Below are positions 39,201 through 53,700 of a stretch of DNA of 64,000 bases, in pieces. The position numbers and the translations under genes are program-made. The notes under the pieces are model-generated. The model was not told the DNA's origin. It worked only from the letters and a program-made list of their open reading frames with translations, and ran no database searches. The stretch lies in assembly GCA_051313645.2 (NCBI GenBank), contig JBNRSN020000008.1, positions 276,582,001 through 276,646,000 on the forward strand, written 5' to 3'. The first letter of the stretch is position 1. Each line of letters begins with the position of its first letter. The DNA is from Centroscyllium fabricii (lineage: Eukaryota).

Positions 39201-39900
39201 TCGAGTATCTGAAGACATGGCCTTGGTTTTCACAGGACTCAGAGGGAGATGTGATCTAGTATCTGAAGACAGGACCTTGGTTTTCACGGGACTCAGAGGG
39301 AGATGTGATCGAGTATCTGAAGACAGGGCCTTGGTTTTCCCCGGGACTCAGAGGGAGATGTGATCTAGTATCTGAAGACAGGGCCTTGGTTTTCACGGGA
39401 CTCAGAGGGAGATGTGATCGAGTATCTGAAGACAGGGCCTTGGTTTTCACGGGACTCAGAGGGAGATGTGATCGAGTATCTGAAGACAGGACCTTGGTTT
39501 TCCCAGACTCAGAGGGAGATGTGATCTAGTATCTGAAGACAGGGCTTTGGTTTTCCCAGACTCAGAGGGAGATGTGATCTAGTATCTGAAGACAGGGCCT
39601 TGGTTTTCACAGGACTCAGGGGGAGATGTGATCGAGTATCTGAAGACAGGGCCTTGGTTTTCCCAGGAGTCAGAGGGAGATGTGATCTAGTATCTGAAGA
39701 CAGGGCCTTGGTTTTCACTGGACTCAGGGGGAGATGTGATCGAGTATCTGAAGACAGGGCCTTGGTTTTCACAGGACTCAGGGGGAGATGTGATCGAGTA
39801 TCTGAAGACAGGACCTTGGTTTTCACGGGACTCAGAGGGAGATGTGATCTAGTATCTGAAGACAGGGCCTTGGTTTTCACGGGACTCAGAGGGAGATGTG
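21300..39900. repeat. Higher-order repeat domain, about 2261 bp (42 monomers)
   Basis: The marker ORF containing the GGACACCGGGGG variant starts at 21896, 24157, 26418, 27710, 29971, 32124, 36208 and 38469. Spacings are 2261, 2261, 1292, 2261, 2153, 4084 and 2261. Confidence 0.9.
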
Positions 39901-41749
39901 ATCGAGTATCTGAAGACAGGGCCTTGGTTTTCACAGGACTCAGAGGGAGATGTGATCTAGTATCTGAAGACAGGGCCTTGGTTTTCCCAGGACTCAGAGG
40001 GAGATGTGATCTAGTATCTGAGACAGGGCCTTGGTTTTCCCAGGACTCAGAGGGAGATGTGATCTAGTATCTGAAGACAGGGCCTTGGTTTTCCCAGACT
40101 CAGAGGGGGATGTGATCTAGTATCTGAAGACAGGGCCTTGGTTTCCCAGACTCAGAGGGAGATGTGATCGAGTATCTGAAGACAGGGCCTTGGTTTTCAC
40201 GGGACTCAGGGGGAGATGTGATCGAGTATCTGAAGACAGGGCCTTGGTTTTCCCAGGACACAGAGGGAGATGTGATCTAGTATCTGAAGACAGGACCTTG
40301 GTTTTCCCAGGACTCAGAGGGAGATGTGATCTAGTATCTGAAGACAGTGCCTTGGTTTTCCCAGGACTCAGAGGGAGATGTGATCTAGTATCTGAAGACA
40401 AGGCCTTGGTTTTCCCAGACTCAGGGGGAGATGTGATCGAGTATCTGAAGACAGGACCTTGGTTTTCCCAGACTCAGAGGGAGATGTGATCGAGTATCTG
40501 AAGACAGGGCGTTGGTTTTCACGGGACTCAGGGGGAGATGTGATCGAGTATCTGAAGACAGGACCTTGGTTTTCCCAGGACTCAGAGGGAGATGTGATCG
40601 AGTATCTGAAGACAGGACCTTGGTTTTCACCGGACTCAGAGGGAGATGTGATCGAGTATCTGAAGACAGGACCTTGGTTTTCCCAGGACTCAGAGGGAGA
40701 TGTGATCTAGTATCTGAAGACAGGGCCTTGGTTTTCACTGGACTCAGGGGGAGATGTGATCGAGTATCTGAAGACAGGGCCTTGGTTTTCACTGGACTCA
40801 GGCGGAGATGTGTTCGAGTATCTGAAGACAGGGCCTTGGTTTTCACAGGACTCAGGGGGAGATGTGATCGAGTATCTGAAGACAGGACCTTGGTTTTCAC
40901 GGGACTCAGAGGGAGATGTGATCTAGTATCTGAAGACAGGGCCTTGGTTTCACGGGATTCAGAGGGAGATGTGATCGAGTATCTGAAGACAGGGCCTTGG
41001 TTTTCACATGACTCAGAGGGAGATGTGATCTAGTATCTGAAGACAGGGCTTTGGTTTTCCCAGGACTCAGAGGGAGATGTGATCGAGTATCTGAAGACAT
41101 GACCTTGGTTTTCCCAGGACTCAGAGGGAGATGTGATCTAGTATCTGAGACAGGGCCTTGGTTTTCCCAGGACTCAGAGGGAGATGTGATCTAGTATCTG
41201 AAGACAGGGTATTGGTTTTCCCAGACTCAGAGGATGATGTGATCTAGTATCTGAAGACAGGGCCTTGGTTTCCCAGACTCAGAGGGAGATGTGATCGAGT
41301 ATCTGAAGACAGGGCCTTGGTTTTCACGGGACTCAGGGGGAGATGTGATCGAGTATCTGAAGAGAGGGCCTTGGTTTTCCCAGGACTCAGAGGGACATGT
41401 GATCTAGTATCTGAAGACAGGGCCTTGCTTTTCCCAGGACTCAGAGGGAGATGTGATCTAGTATCTGAAGACAGGGCCTTGGTTTTCCCAGACTCAGGGG
41501 GAGATGTGATCGAGTATCTGAAGACAGGGCCTTGGTTTTCCCAGACTCAGAGGGAGATGTGATCGAGTATCTGAAGACAGGGCGTTGGTTTTCACGGGAC
41601 GCAGGGGGAGATGTGATCGAGTATCTGAAGACAGGACCTTGGTTTTCCCAGGACTCAGAGCAGATGTGATCGAGTATCTGAAGACAGGACCTTGGTTTTC
41701 ACCGGACTCAGAGGGAGATGTGATCGAGTATCTGAAGACAGGACCTTGG

Positions 41750-44700
41750 TTTTCCCAGGACTCAGAGGGAGATGTGATCTAGTATCTGAAGACAGGGCCT
41801 TGGTTTTCCCAGACTCAGAGGGAGATGTGATCTAGTATCTGAAGACAGGACCTTGGTTTTCCCGGGACTCAGGGGGAGATGTGATCGAGTATCTGAAGAC
41901 AGGACCTTGGTTTTCACGGGACTCAGAGGGAGATGTGATCTAGTATCTGAAGACAGGGCCTTGGTTTTCACTGGACTCAGGGGGAGATGTGATCTAGTAT
42001 CTGAAGACAGGACCTTGGTTTCCCAGGGACTCAGGGGGAGATGTGATCTAGTATCTGAAGACAGGGCCTTGGTTTTCACTGGACTCAGGGGGAGATGTGA
42101 TCTAGTATCTGAAGACAGGACCTTGGTTTCCCCGGGACTCAGAGGGAGATGTGATCTAGTATCTGAAGACAGGGCCTTGGTTTTCACTGGACTCAGGGGT
42201 AGATGTGATCTAGTATCTGAAGACAGGACCTTGGTTTCCCCGGGACTCAGAGGGTGATGTGATCTAGTATCTGAAGACAGGGCCTTGGTTTTCCCAGGGC
42301 TCAGAGGGAGATGTGATCGAGTATCTGAAGACAGGATCTTGGTTTTCCCAGACTCAGAGGGAGATGTGATCTAGTATCTGAAGACAGGGCCTTGGTTTTA
42401 ACAGGACTCAGAGGGAGATGTGATCGAGTATCTGAAGACAGGGCCTTGGTTTTCACAGACTCAGAGGGAGATGTGATCGAATATCTGAAGACAGGGCCTT
42501 GGTTTTCCCAGACTCAGAGGGAGATGTGATCTAGTATCTGAAGACAGGACCTTGGTTTTCCCGGGACTCAGGGGGAGATGTGATCGAGTATCTGAAGACA
42601 GGACCTTGGTTTTCACGGGACTCAGAGGGAGATGTGATCTAGTATCTGAAGACAGGGCCTTGGTTTTCACTGGACTCAGGGGGAGATGTGATCTAGTATC
42701 TGAAGACAGGACCTTGGTTTCCCAGGGACTCAGGGGGAGATGTGATCTAGTATCTGAAGACAGGGCCTTGGTTTTCACTGGACTCAGGGGGAGATGTGAT
42801 CTAGTATCTGAAGACAGGACCTTGGTTTCCCCGGGACTCAGAGGGAGATGTGATCTAGTATCTGAAGACAGGGCCTTGGTTTTCACTGGACTCAGGGGTA
42901 GATGTGATCTAGTATCTGAAGACAGGACCTTGGTTTCCCCGGGACTCAGAGGGTGATGTGATCTAGTATCTGAAGACAGGGCCTTGGTTTTCCCAGGGCT
43001 CAGAGGGAGATGTGATCGAGTATCTGAAGACAGGACCTTGGTTTTCCCAGACTCAGAGGGAGATGTGATCTAGTATCTGAAGACAGGGCCTTGGTTTTAA
43101 CAGGACTCAGAGGGAGATGTGATCGAGTATCTGAAGACAGGGCCTTGGTTTTCACAGACTCAGAGGGAGATGTGATCGAATATCTGAAGACAGGGCCTTG
43201 GTTTTCCCAGACTCAGAGGGAGATGTGATCTAGTATCTGAAGACAGGGCCTTGGTTTTAACAGGACTCAGAGGGAGATGTGATCGAGTATCTGAAGACAG
43301 GGCCTTGGTTTTCACAGACTCAGAGGGAGATGTGATCGAATATCTGAAGACAGGGCCTTGGTTTTCACTGGACTCCGAGGGAGATGCGATCGAGTATCTG
43401 AAGACAGGGCCTTGGTTTTCCCAGGACTCAGAGGGAGATGTGATCTAGTATCTGAAGACAGGGCCTTGGTTTTCACAGACTCAGAGGGAGATGTGATCGA
43501 GTATCTGAAGACAGGGCCTTGGTTTTCACGGGACTCAGAGGGAGATGTGATCGAGTATCTGAAGACAGGACCTTGGTTTTCCCAGACTCAGAGGGAGATG
43601 TGATCTAGTATCTGAAGACAGGGCTTTGGTTTTCCCAGACTCAGAGGGAGATGTGATCTAGTATCTGAAGACAGGGCCTTGGTTTTCCCAGGACTCAGAG
43701 GGAGATGTGATCTAGTATCTGAAGACAGGGCCTTGGTTTTCCCAGACTCAGAGGGAGATGTGATCTAGTATCTGAAGACAGGACCTTGGTTTTCCCGGGA
43801 CTCAGGGGGAGATGTGATCGAGTATCTGAAGACAGGACCTTGGTTTTCACGGGACTCAGAGGGAGATGTGATCTAGTATCTGAAGACAGGGCCTTGGTTT
43901 TCACTGGACTCAGGGGGAGATGTGATCTAGTATCTGAAGACAGGACCTTGGTTTCCCAGGGACTCAGGGGGAGATGTGATCTAGTATCTGAAGACAGGGC
44001 CTTGGTTTTCACTGGACTCAGGGGGAGATGTGATCTAGTATCTGAAGACAGGACCTTGGTTTCCCCGGGACTCAGAGGGAGATGTGATCTAGTATCTGAA
44101 GACAGGGCCTTGGTTTTCACTGGACTCAGGGGTAGATGTGATCTAGTATCTGAAGACAGGACCTTGGTTTCCCCGGGACTCAGAGGGTGATGTGATCTAG
44201 TATCTGAAGACAGGGCCTTGGTTTTCCCAGGGCTCAGAGGGAGATGTGATCGAGTATCTGAAGACAGGACCTTGGTTTTCCCAGACTCAGAGGGAGATGT
44301 GATCTAGTATCTGAAGACAGGGCCTTGGTTTTAACAGGACTCAGAGGGAGATGTGATCGAGTATCTGAAGACAGGGCCTTGGTTTTCACAGACTCAGAGG
44401 GAGATGTGATCGAATATCTGAAGACAGGGCCTTGGTTTTCCCAGACTCAGAGGGAGATGTGATCTAGTATCTGAAGACAGGGCCTTGGTTTTAACAGGAC
44501 TCAGAGGGAGATGTGATCGAGTATCTGAAGACAGGGCCTTGGTTTTCACAGACTCAGAGGGAGATGTGATCGAATATCTGAAGACAGGGCCTTGGTTTTC
44601 ACTGGACTCCGAGGGAGATGCGATCGAGTATCTGAAGACAGGGCCTTGGTTTTCCCAGGACTCAGAGGGAGATGTGATCTAGTATCTGAAGACAGGGCCT

Positions 44701-47700
44701 TGGTTTTCACAGACTCAGAGGGAGATGTGATCGAGTATCTGAAGACAGGGCCTTGGTTTTCACGGGACTCAGAGGGAGATGTGATCGAGTATCTGAAGAC
44801 AGGACCTTGGTTTTCCCAGACTCAGAGGGAGATGTGATCTAGTATCTGAAGACAGGGCTTTGGTTTTCCCAGACTCAGAGGGAGATGTGATCTAGTATCT
44901 GAAGACAGGGCCTTGGTTTTCACAGGACTCAGGCGGAGATGTGATCGAGTATCTGAAGACAGGGCCTTGGTTTTACCAGGACTCAGAGGGAGATGTGATC
45001 TAGTATCTGAAGACAGGGCCTTGGTTTTCACTGGACTCAGGGGGAGATGTGATCGAGTATCTGAAGACAGGGCCTTGGTTTTCACAGGACTCAGGGGGAG
45101 ATGTAATCGAGTATCTGAAGACAGGACCTTGGTTTTCACGGGACTCAGAGGGAGATGTGATCTAGTATCTGAAGACAGGGCCTTGGTTTTCACGGGACTC
45201 AGAGGGAGATGTGATCGAGTATCTGAAGACAGGGCCTTGGTTTTCACAGGACTCAGAGGGAGATGTGATCTAGTATCTGAAGACAGGGCCTTGGTTTTCC
45301 CAGGACTCAGAGGGAGATGTGATCTAGTATCTGAAGAGAGGACCTTGGTTTTCCCAGGACTCAGAGGGAGATGTGATCTAGTATCTGAGACAGGGCCTTG
45401 GTTTTCCCAGGACTCAGAGGGAGATGTGATCTAGTATCTGAAGACAGGGCCTTGGTTTTCCCAGACTCAGAGGGAGATGTGATCTAGTATCTGAAGACAG
45501 GGCCTTGGTTTCCCAGACTCAGAGGGAGATGTGATCGAGTATCTGAAGACAGGGCCTTGGTTTTCACTGGACTCAGGGGGAGATGTGATCTAGTATCTGA
45601 AGACAGGACCTTGGTTTCCCCGGGACTCAGAGGGAGATGTGATCTAGTATCTGAAGACAGGGCCTTGGTTTTCACTGGACTCAGGGGTAGATGTGATCTA
45701 GTATCTGAAGACAGGACCTTGGTTTCCCCGGGACTCAGAGGGTGATGTGATCTAGTATCTGAAGACAGGGCCTTGGTTTTCCCAGGGCTCAGAGGGAGAT
45801 GTGATCGAGTATCTGAAGACAGGACCTTGGTTTTCCCAGACTCAGAGGGAGATGTGATCTAGTATCTGAAGACAGGGCCTTGGTTTTAACAGGACTCAGA
45901 GGGAGATGTGATCGAGTATCTGAAGACAGGGCCTTGGTTTTCACAGACTCAGAGGGAGATGTGATCGAATATCTGAAGACAGGGCCTTGGTTTTCCCAGA
46001 CTCAGAGGGAGATGTGATCTAGTATCTGAAGACAGGACCTTGGTTTTCCCGGGACTCAGGGGGAGATGTGATCGAGTATCTGAAGACAGGACCTTGGTTT
46101 TCACGGGACTCAGAGGGAGATGTGATCTAGTATCTGAAGACAGGGCCTTGGTTTTCACTGGACTCAGGGGGAGATGTGATCTAGTATCTGAAGACAGGAC
46201 CTTGGTTTCCCAGGGACTCAGGGGGAGATGTGATCTAGTATCTGAAGACAGGGCCTTGGTTTTCACTGGACTCAGGGGGAGATGTGATCTAGTATCTGAA
46301 GACAGGACCTTGGTTTCCCCGGGACTCAGAGGGAGATGTGATCTAGTATCTGAAGACAGGACCTTGGTTTTCACTGGACTCAGGGGTAGATGTGATCTAG
46401 TATCTGAAGACAGGACCTTGGTTTCCCCGGGACTCAGAGGGTGATGTGATCTAGTATCTGAAGACAGGGCCTTGGTTTTCCCAGGGCTCAGAGGGAGATG
46501 TGATCGAGTATCTGAAGACAGGACCTTGGTTTTCCCAGACTCAGAGGGAGATGTGATCTAGTATCTGAAGACAGGGCCTTGGTTTTAACAGGACTCAGAG
46601 GGAGATGTGATCGAGTATCTGAAGACAGGGCCTTGGTTTTCACAGACTCAGAGGGAGATGTGATCGAATATCTGAAGACAGGGCCTTGGTTTTCCCAGAC
46701 TCAGAGGGAGATGTGATCTAGTATCTGAAGACAGGGCCTTGGTTTTAACAGGACTCAGAGGGAGATGTGATCGAGTATCTGAAGACAGGGCCTTGGTTTT
46801 CACAGACTCAGAGGGAGATGTGATCGAATATCTGAAGACAGGGCCTTGGTTTTCACTGGACTCCGAGGGAGATGCGATCGAGTATCTGAAGACAGGGCCT
46901 TGGTTTTCCCAGGACTCAGAGGGAGATGTGATCTAGTATCTGAAGACAGGGCCTTGGTTTTCACTGACTCAGAGGGAGATGTGATCGAGTATCTGAAGAC
47001 AGGGCCTTGGTTTTCACGGGACTCAGAGGGAGATGTGATCGAGTATCTGAAGACAGGACCTTGGTTTTCCCAGACTCAGAGGGAGATGTGATCTAGTATC
47101 TGAAGACAGGGCTTTGGTTTTCCCAGACTCAGAGGGAGATGTGATCTAGTATCTGAAGACAGGGCCTTGGTTTTCACAGGACTCAGGCGGAGATGTGATC
47201 GAGTATCTGAAGACAGGGCCTTGGTTTTACCAGGACTCAGAGGGAGATGTGATCTAGTATCTGAAGACAGGGCCTTGGTTTTCACTGGACTCAGGGGGAG
47301 ATGTGATCGAGTATCTGAAGACAGGGCCTTGGTTTTCACAGGACTCAGGGGGAGATGTGATCGAGTATCTGAAGACAGGACCTTGGTTTTCACGGGACTC
47401 AGAGGGAGATGTGATCTAGTATCTGAAGACAGGGCCTTGGTTTTCACGGGACTCAGAGGGAGATGTGATCGAGTATCTGAAGACAGGGCCTTGGTTTTCA
47501 CAGGACTCAGAGGGAGATGTGATCTAGTATCTGAAGACAGGGCCTTGGTTTTCCCAGGACTCAGAGGGAGATGTGATCTAGTATCTGAAGAGAGGACCTT
47601 GGTTTTCCCAGGACTCAGAGGGAGATGTGATCTAGTAACTGAGACAGGGCCTTGGTTTTCCCAGGACTCAGAGGGAGATGTGATCTAGTATCTGAAGACA
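41750..47700. repeat. Second higher-order domain (699, 1234 and 2254 bp periods)
   Basis: Matching ORF patterns at 41853/42552/43786/46040, 43251/44485/46739 and 44913/47167. Characteristic variants are TTTTAACAGG, GATCGAATATC, GGGGTAGATG and CCCAGGGCTC. Confidence 0.85.
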
Positions 47701-50700
47701 GGACCTTGGTTTTCCCAGGACTCAGAGGGAGATGTGATCTAGTATCTGAAGACAGTGCCTTGGTTTTCCCAGGACTCAGAGGGAGATGTGATCTAGTATC
47801 TGAAGACAAGGCCTTGGTTTTCCCAGACTCAGGGGGAGATGTGATCGAGTATCTGAAGACAGGACCTTGATTTTCCCAGACTCAGAGGGAGATGTGTTCG
47901 AGTATCTGAAGACAGGGCGTTGGTTTTCACGGGACTCAGGGGGAGATGTGATCGAGTATCTGAAGACAGGACCTTGGTTTTCCCAGGACTCAGAGGGAGA
48001 TGTGATCGAGTATCTGAAGACAGGACCTTGGTTTTCACCGGACTCAGAGGGAGATGTGATCGAGTATCTGAAGACAGGTCCTTGGTTTTCCCAGGACTCA
48101 GAGGGAGATGTGATCTAGTATCTGAAGACAGGGCCTTGGTTTTCCCAGACTCAGAGGGAGATGTGATCTAGTATCTGAAGACAGGACCTTGGTTTTCCCG
48201 GGACTGAGGGGGAGATGTGATCGAGTATCTGAAGACAGGGCCTTGGTTTTCACTGGACTCAGGGGGAGATGTGATCGAGTATCTGAAGACAGGGCCTTGG
48301 TTTTCACAGGACTCAGGGGGAGATGTGATCGAGTATCTGAAGACAGGGCCTTGGTTTTCCCAGGACTCAGAGGGAGATGTGATCTAGTATCTGAAGACAG
48401 GGCCTTGGTTTTCACTGGACTCAGGGGGAGATGTGTTCGAGTATCTGAAGACAGGGCCTTGGTTTTCACAGGACTCAGGGGGAGATGTGATCGAGTATCT
48501 GAAGACAGGACCTTGGTTTTCACGGGACTCAGAGGGAGATGTGATCTAGTATCTGAAGACAGGGCCTTGGTTTTCACGGGATTCAGAGGGAGATGTGATC
48601 GAGTATCTGAAGACAGGGCCTTGGTTTTCACATGACTCAGAGGGAGATGTGATCTAGTATCTGAAGACAGGGCTTTGGTTTTCCCAGGACTCAGAGGGAG
48701 ATGTGATCGAGTATCTGAAGACATGACCTTGGTTTTCCCAGGACTCAGAGGGAGATGTGATCTAGTATCTGAGACAGGGCCTTGGTTTTCGCAGGACTCA
48801 GAGGGAGATGTGATCTAGTATCTGAAGACAGGGCATTGGTTTTCCCAGACTCAGAGGGAGATGTGATCTAGTATCTGAAGACAGGGCCTTGGTTTCCCAG
48901 ACTCAGAGGGAGATGTGATCGAGTATCTGAAGACAGGGCCTTGGTTTTCACGGGACTCAGGGGGAGATGTGATCGAGTATCTGAAGACAGGGCCTTGGTT
49001 TTCCCAGGACTCAGAGGGACATGTGATCTAGTATCTGAAGACAGGGCCTTGCTTTTCCCAGGACTCAGAGGGAGATGTGATCTAGTATCTGAAGACAAGG
49101 CCTTGGTTTTCCCAGACTCAGGGGGAGATGTGATCGAGTATCTGAAGACAGGGCCTTGGTTTTCCCAGACTCAGAGGGAGATGTGATCGAGTATCTGAAG
49201 ACAGGGCGTTGGTTTTCACGGGACTCAGGGGGAGATGTGATCGAGTATCTGAAGACAGGAACTTGGTTTTCCCAGGACTCAGAGCAGATGTGATCGAGTA
49301 TCTGAAGACAGGACCTTGGTTTTCACCGGACTCAGAGGGAGATATGATCGAGTATCTGAAGACAGGACCTTGGTTTTCCCAGGACTCAGAGGGAGATGTG
49401 ATCTAGTATCTGAAGACAGGGCCTTGGTTTTCCCAGACTCAGAGGGAGATGTGATCTAGTATCTGAAGACAGGACCTTGGTTTTCCCGTGACTCAGTGGG
49501 AGATGTGATCGAGTATCTGAAGAGAGGGCCTTGGTTTTCACGCGACTGAGAGGGAGATGTGATCGAGTATCTGAAGACAGGGCCTTGGTTTTCAGCGGAC
49601 TCAGGGGGAGATGTGATCGAGTATCTGAAGACAGGACCTTGGTTTTCCCGGGACTCAGACGGAGATGTGATCTAGTATCTGAAGACAGGGCCTTGGTTTT
49701 CACGGGACTCAGAGGGAGATGTGATCGAGTATCTGAAGACAGGACCTTGGTTTTCACGGGACTCAGAGGGAGATGTGATCTAGTATCTGAAGACAGGGCC
49801 TTGGTTTTCACTGGACTCAGGGGGAGATGTGATCTAGTATCTGAAGACAGGACCTTGGTTTCCCCGGGACTCAGGGGGAGATGTGATCTAGTATCTGAAG
49901 ACAGGGCCTTGGTTTTCACTGGACTCAGGGGGAGATGTGATCTAGTATCTGAAGACAGGACCTTGGTTTCCCCGGGACTCAGAGGGAGATGTGATCTAGT
50001 ATCTGAAGACAGGGCCTTGGTTTTCACTGGACTCAGGGGTAGATGTGATCTAGTATCTGAAGACAGGACCTTGGTTTCCCCGGGACTCAGAGGGAGATGT
50101 GATCTAGTATCTGAAGACAGGGCCTTAGTTTTCCCAGTGCTCAGAGGGAGATGTGATCGAGTATCTGAAGACAGGACCTTGGTTTTCCCAGACTCAGAGG
50201 GAGATGTGATCTAGTATTTGAAGACAGGGCCTTGGTTTTAACAGGACTCAGAGGGAGATGTGATCGAGTATCTGAAGACAGGGCCTTGGTTTTCACAGAC
50301 GCAGAGGGAGATGTGATCGAGTATCTGAAGACAGGGCCTTGGTTTTCACTGGACTCCGAAGGAGATGCGATCGAGTATCTGAAGACAGGGCCTTGGTTTT
50401 CCCAGGACTCAGAGGGAGATGTGATCTAGTATCTGAAGACAGGGCCTTGGTTTTCACAGACTCAGAGGGAGATGTGATCGAGTATCTGAAGACAGGGCCT
50501 TGGTTTTCACTGGACTCCGAGGGAGATGTGATCGAGTATCTGAAGACAGGGCCTTGGTTTTCCCAGACTCAGAGGGAGATGTGATCTAGTATCTGAAGAC
50601 AGGACCTTGGTTTTTCCCAGGACTCAGAGGGAGATGTGATCTAGTATCTGAAGACAAGGCCTTGGTTTTCCCAGACTCAGGGGGAGATGTGATCGAGTAT

Positions 50701-50709
50701 CTGAAGACA

Positions 50710-53700
50710 GGACCTTGATTTTCCCAGACTCAGAGGGAGATGTGATCGAGTATCTGAAGACAGGGCGTTGGTTTTCACGGGACTCAGGGGGAGATGTGAT
50801 CGAGTATCTGAAGACAGGACCTTGGTTTTCCCAGGACTCAGAGGGAGATGTGATCGAGTATCTGAAGACAGGACCTTGGTTTTCACCGGACTCAGAGGGA
50901 GATGTGATCGAGTATCTGAAGACAGGTCCTTGGTTTTCCCAGGACTCAGAGGGAGATGTGATCTAGTATCTGAAGACAGGGCCTTGGTTTTCCCAGACTC
51001 AGAGGGAGATGTGATCTAGTATCTGAAGACAGGACCTTGGTTTTCCCGGGACTGAGGGGGAGATGTGATCGAATATCTGAAGACAGGGCCTTGGTTTTCA
51101 CTGGACTCAGGGGGAGATGTGATCGAGTATCTGAAGACAGGGCCTTGGTTTTCACAGGACTCAGGGGGAGATGTGATCGAGTATCTGAAGACAGGGCCTT
51201 GGTTTTCCCAGGACTCAGAGGGAGATGTGATCTAGTATCTGAAGACAGGGCCTTGGTTTTCACTGGACTCAGGGGGAGATGTGTTCGAGTATCTGAAGAC
51301 AGGGCCTTGGTTTTCACAGGACTCAGGGGGAGATGTGATCGAGTATCTGAAGAGAGGACCTTGGTTTTCACGGGACTCAGAGGGAGATGTGATCTAGTAT
51401 CTGAAGACAGGACCTTGGTTTTCACCGGACTCAGAGGGAGATGTGATCGAGTATCTGAAGACAGGTCCTTGGTTTTCCCAGGACTCAGAGGGAGATGTGA
51501 TCTAGTATCTGAAGACAGGGCCTTGGTTTTCCCAGACTCAGAGGGAGATGTGATCTAGTATCTGAAGACAGGACCTTGGTTTTCTCCGGACTGAGGGGGA
51601 GATGTGATCGAGTATCTGAAGACAGGGCCTTGGTTTTCACTGGACTCAGGGGGAGATGTGATCGAGTATCTGAAGACAGGGCCTTGGTTTTCACAGGACT
51701 CAGGGGGAGATGTGATCGAGTATCTGAAGACAGGGCCTTGGTTTTCCCAGGACTCAGAGGGAGATGTGATCTAGTATCTGAAGACAGGGCCTTGGTTTTC
51801 ACTGGACTCAGGGGGAGATGTGTTCGAGTATCTGAAGACAGGGCCTTGGTTTTCACAGGACTCAGGGGGAGATGTGATCGAGTATCTGAAGACAGGACCT
51901 TGGTTTTCACGGGACTCAGAGGGAGATGTGATCTAGTATCTGAAGACAGGGCCTTGGTTTTCACGGGATTCAGAGGGAGATGTGATCGAGTATCTGAAGA
52001 CAGGGCCTTGGTTTTCACATGACTCAGAGGGAGATGTGATCTAGTATCTGAAGACAGGGCTTTGGTTTTCCCAGGACTCAGAGGGAGATGTGATCGAGTA
52101 TCTGAAGACATGACCTTGGTTTTCCCAGGACTCAGAGGGAGATGTGATCTAGTATCTGAGACAGGGCCTTGGTTTTCCCAGGACTCAGAGGGAGATGTGA
52201 TCTAGTATCTGAAGACAGGGCATTGGTTTTCCCAGACTCAGAGGGAGATGTGATCTAGTATCTGAAGACAGGGCCTTGGTTTCCCAGACTCAGAGGGAGA
52301 TGTGATCGAGTATCTGAAGACAGGGCCTTGGTTTTCACGGGACTCAGGGGGAGATGTGATCGAGTATCTGAAGACAGGGCCTTGGTTTTCCCAGGACTCA
52401 GAGGGACATGTGATCTAGTATCTGAAGACAGGGCCTTGCTTTTCCCAGGACTCAGAGGGAGATGTGATCTAGTATCTGAGGACAAGGCCTTGGTTTTCCC
52501 AGACTCAGGGGGAGATGTGATCGAGTATCTGAAGACAGGGCCTTGGTTTTCCCAGACTCAGAGGGAGATGTGATCGAGTATCTGAAGACAGGGCGTTGGT
52601 TTTCACGGGACTCAGGGGGAGATGTGATCGAGTATCTGAAGACAGGAACTTGGTTTTCCCAGGACTCAGAGCAGATGTGATCGAGTATCTGAAGACAGGA
52701 CCTTGGTTTTCACCGGACTCAGAGGGAGATGTGATCGAGTATCTGAAGACAGGACCTTGGTTTTCCCAGGACTCAGAGGGAGATGTGATCTAGTATCTGA
52801 AGACAGGGCCTTGGTTTTCCCAGACTCAGAGGGAGATGTGATCTAGTATCTGAAGACAGGACCTTGGTTTTCCCAGGACTCAGAGGGAGATGTGATCTAG
52901 TATCTGAAGGCAGGGCCTTGGTTTTCACAGACTCAGAGGGAGATGTGATCGAGTATCTGAAGACAGGGCCTTGGTTTTCACTGGACTCCGAGGGAGATGT
53001 GATCGAGTATCTGAAGACAGGGCCTTGGTTTTCCCAGACTCAGAGGGAGATGTGATCTAGTATCTGAAGACAGGACCTTGGTTTTTCCCAGGACTCAGAG
53101 GGAGATGTGATCGAGTATCTGAAGACAGGGCCTTGGTTTTCCCAGGACACAGGGGGAGATGTGATCTAGTATCTGAAGACAGGACCTTGGTTTTCCCAGG
53201 ACTGAGAGGGAGATGTGATCGAGTATCTGAAGACAGGGCCTTGGTTTCACAGGACTCAGGGGGAGATGTGATCGAGTATCTGAAGACAGGGCCTTGGTTT
53301 TCACAGACTCAGAGGGAGATGTGATCGAGTATCTGAAGACAGGGCCTTGGTTTTCCCAGACTCAGAGGGAGATGTGATCTAGTGTCTGAAGACAGGGCCT
53401 TGGTTTTCCCAGGACTCAGAGGGAGATGTGATCTAGTATCTGAAGACACGACCTTGGTTTTCACAGGACTCAGAGGGAGATGTGATCGAGTATCTGAAGA
53501 CAGGGCCTTGGTTTTCACCGGACTCTGAGGGAGATGTGATCTAGTATCTGAAGACAGGGCCTTGGTATTCACCGGACTCAGAGGGAGATGTGATCTAGTA
53601 TCTGAAGACAGGGCCTTGGTTTTCACGGGACTCAGAGGGAGATGTGATCGAGTATCTGAAGACAGGCCCTTGGTTTTCACAGGACTCAGAGGGAGATGTG

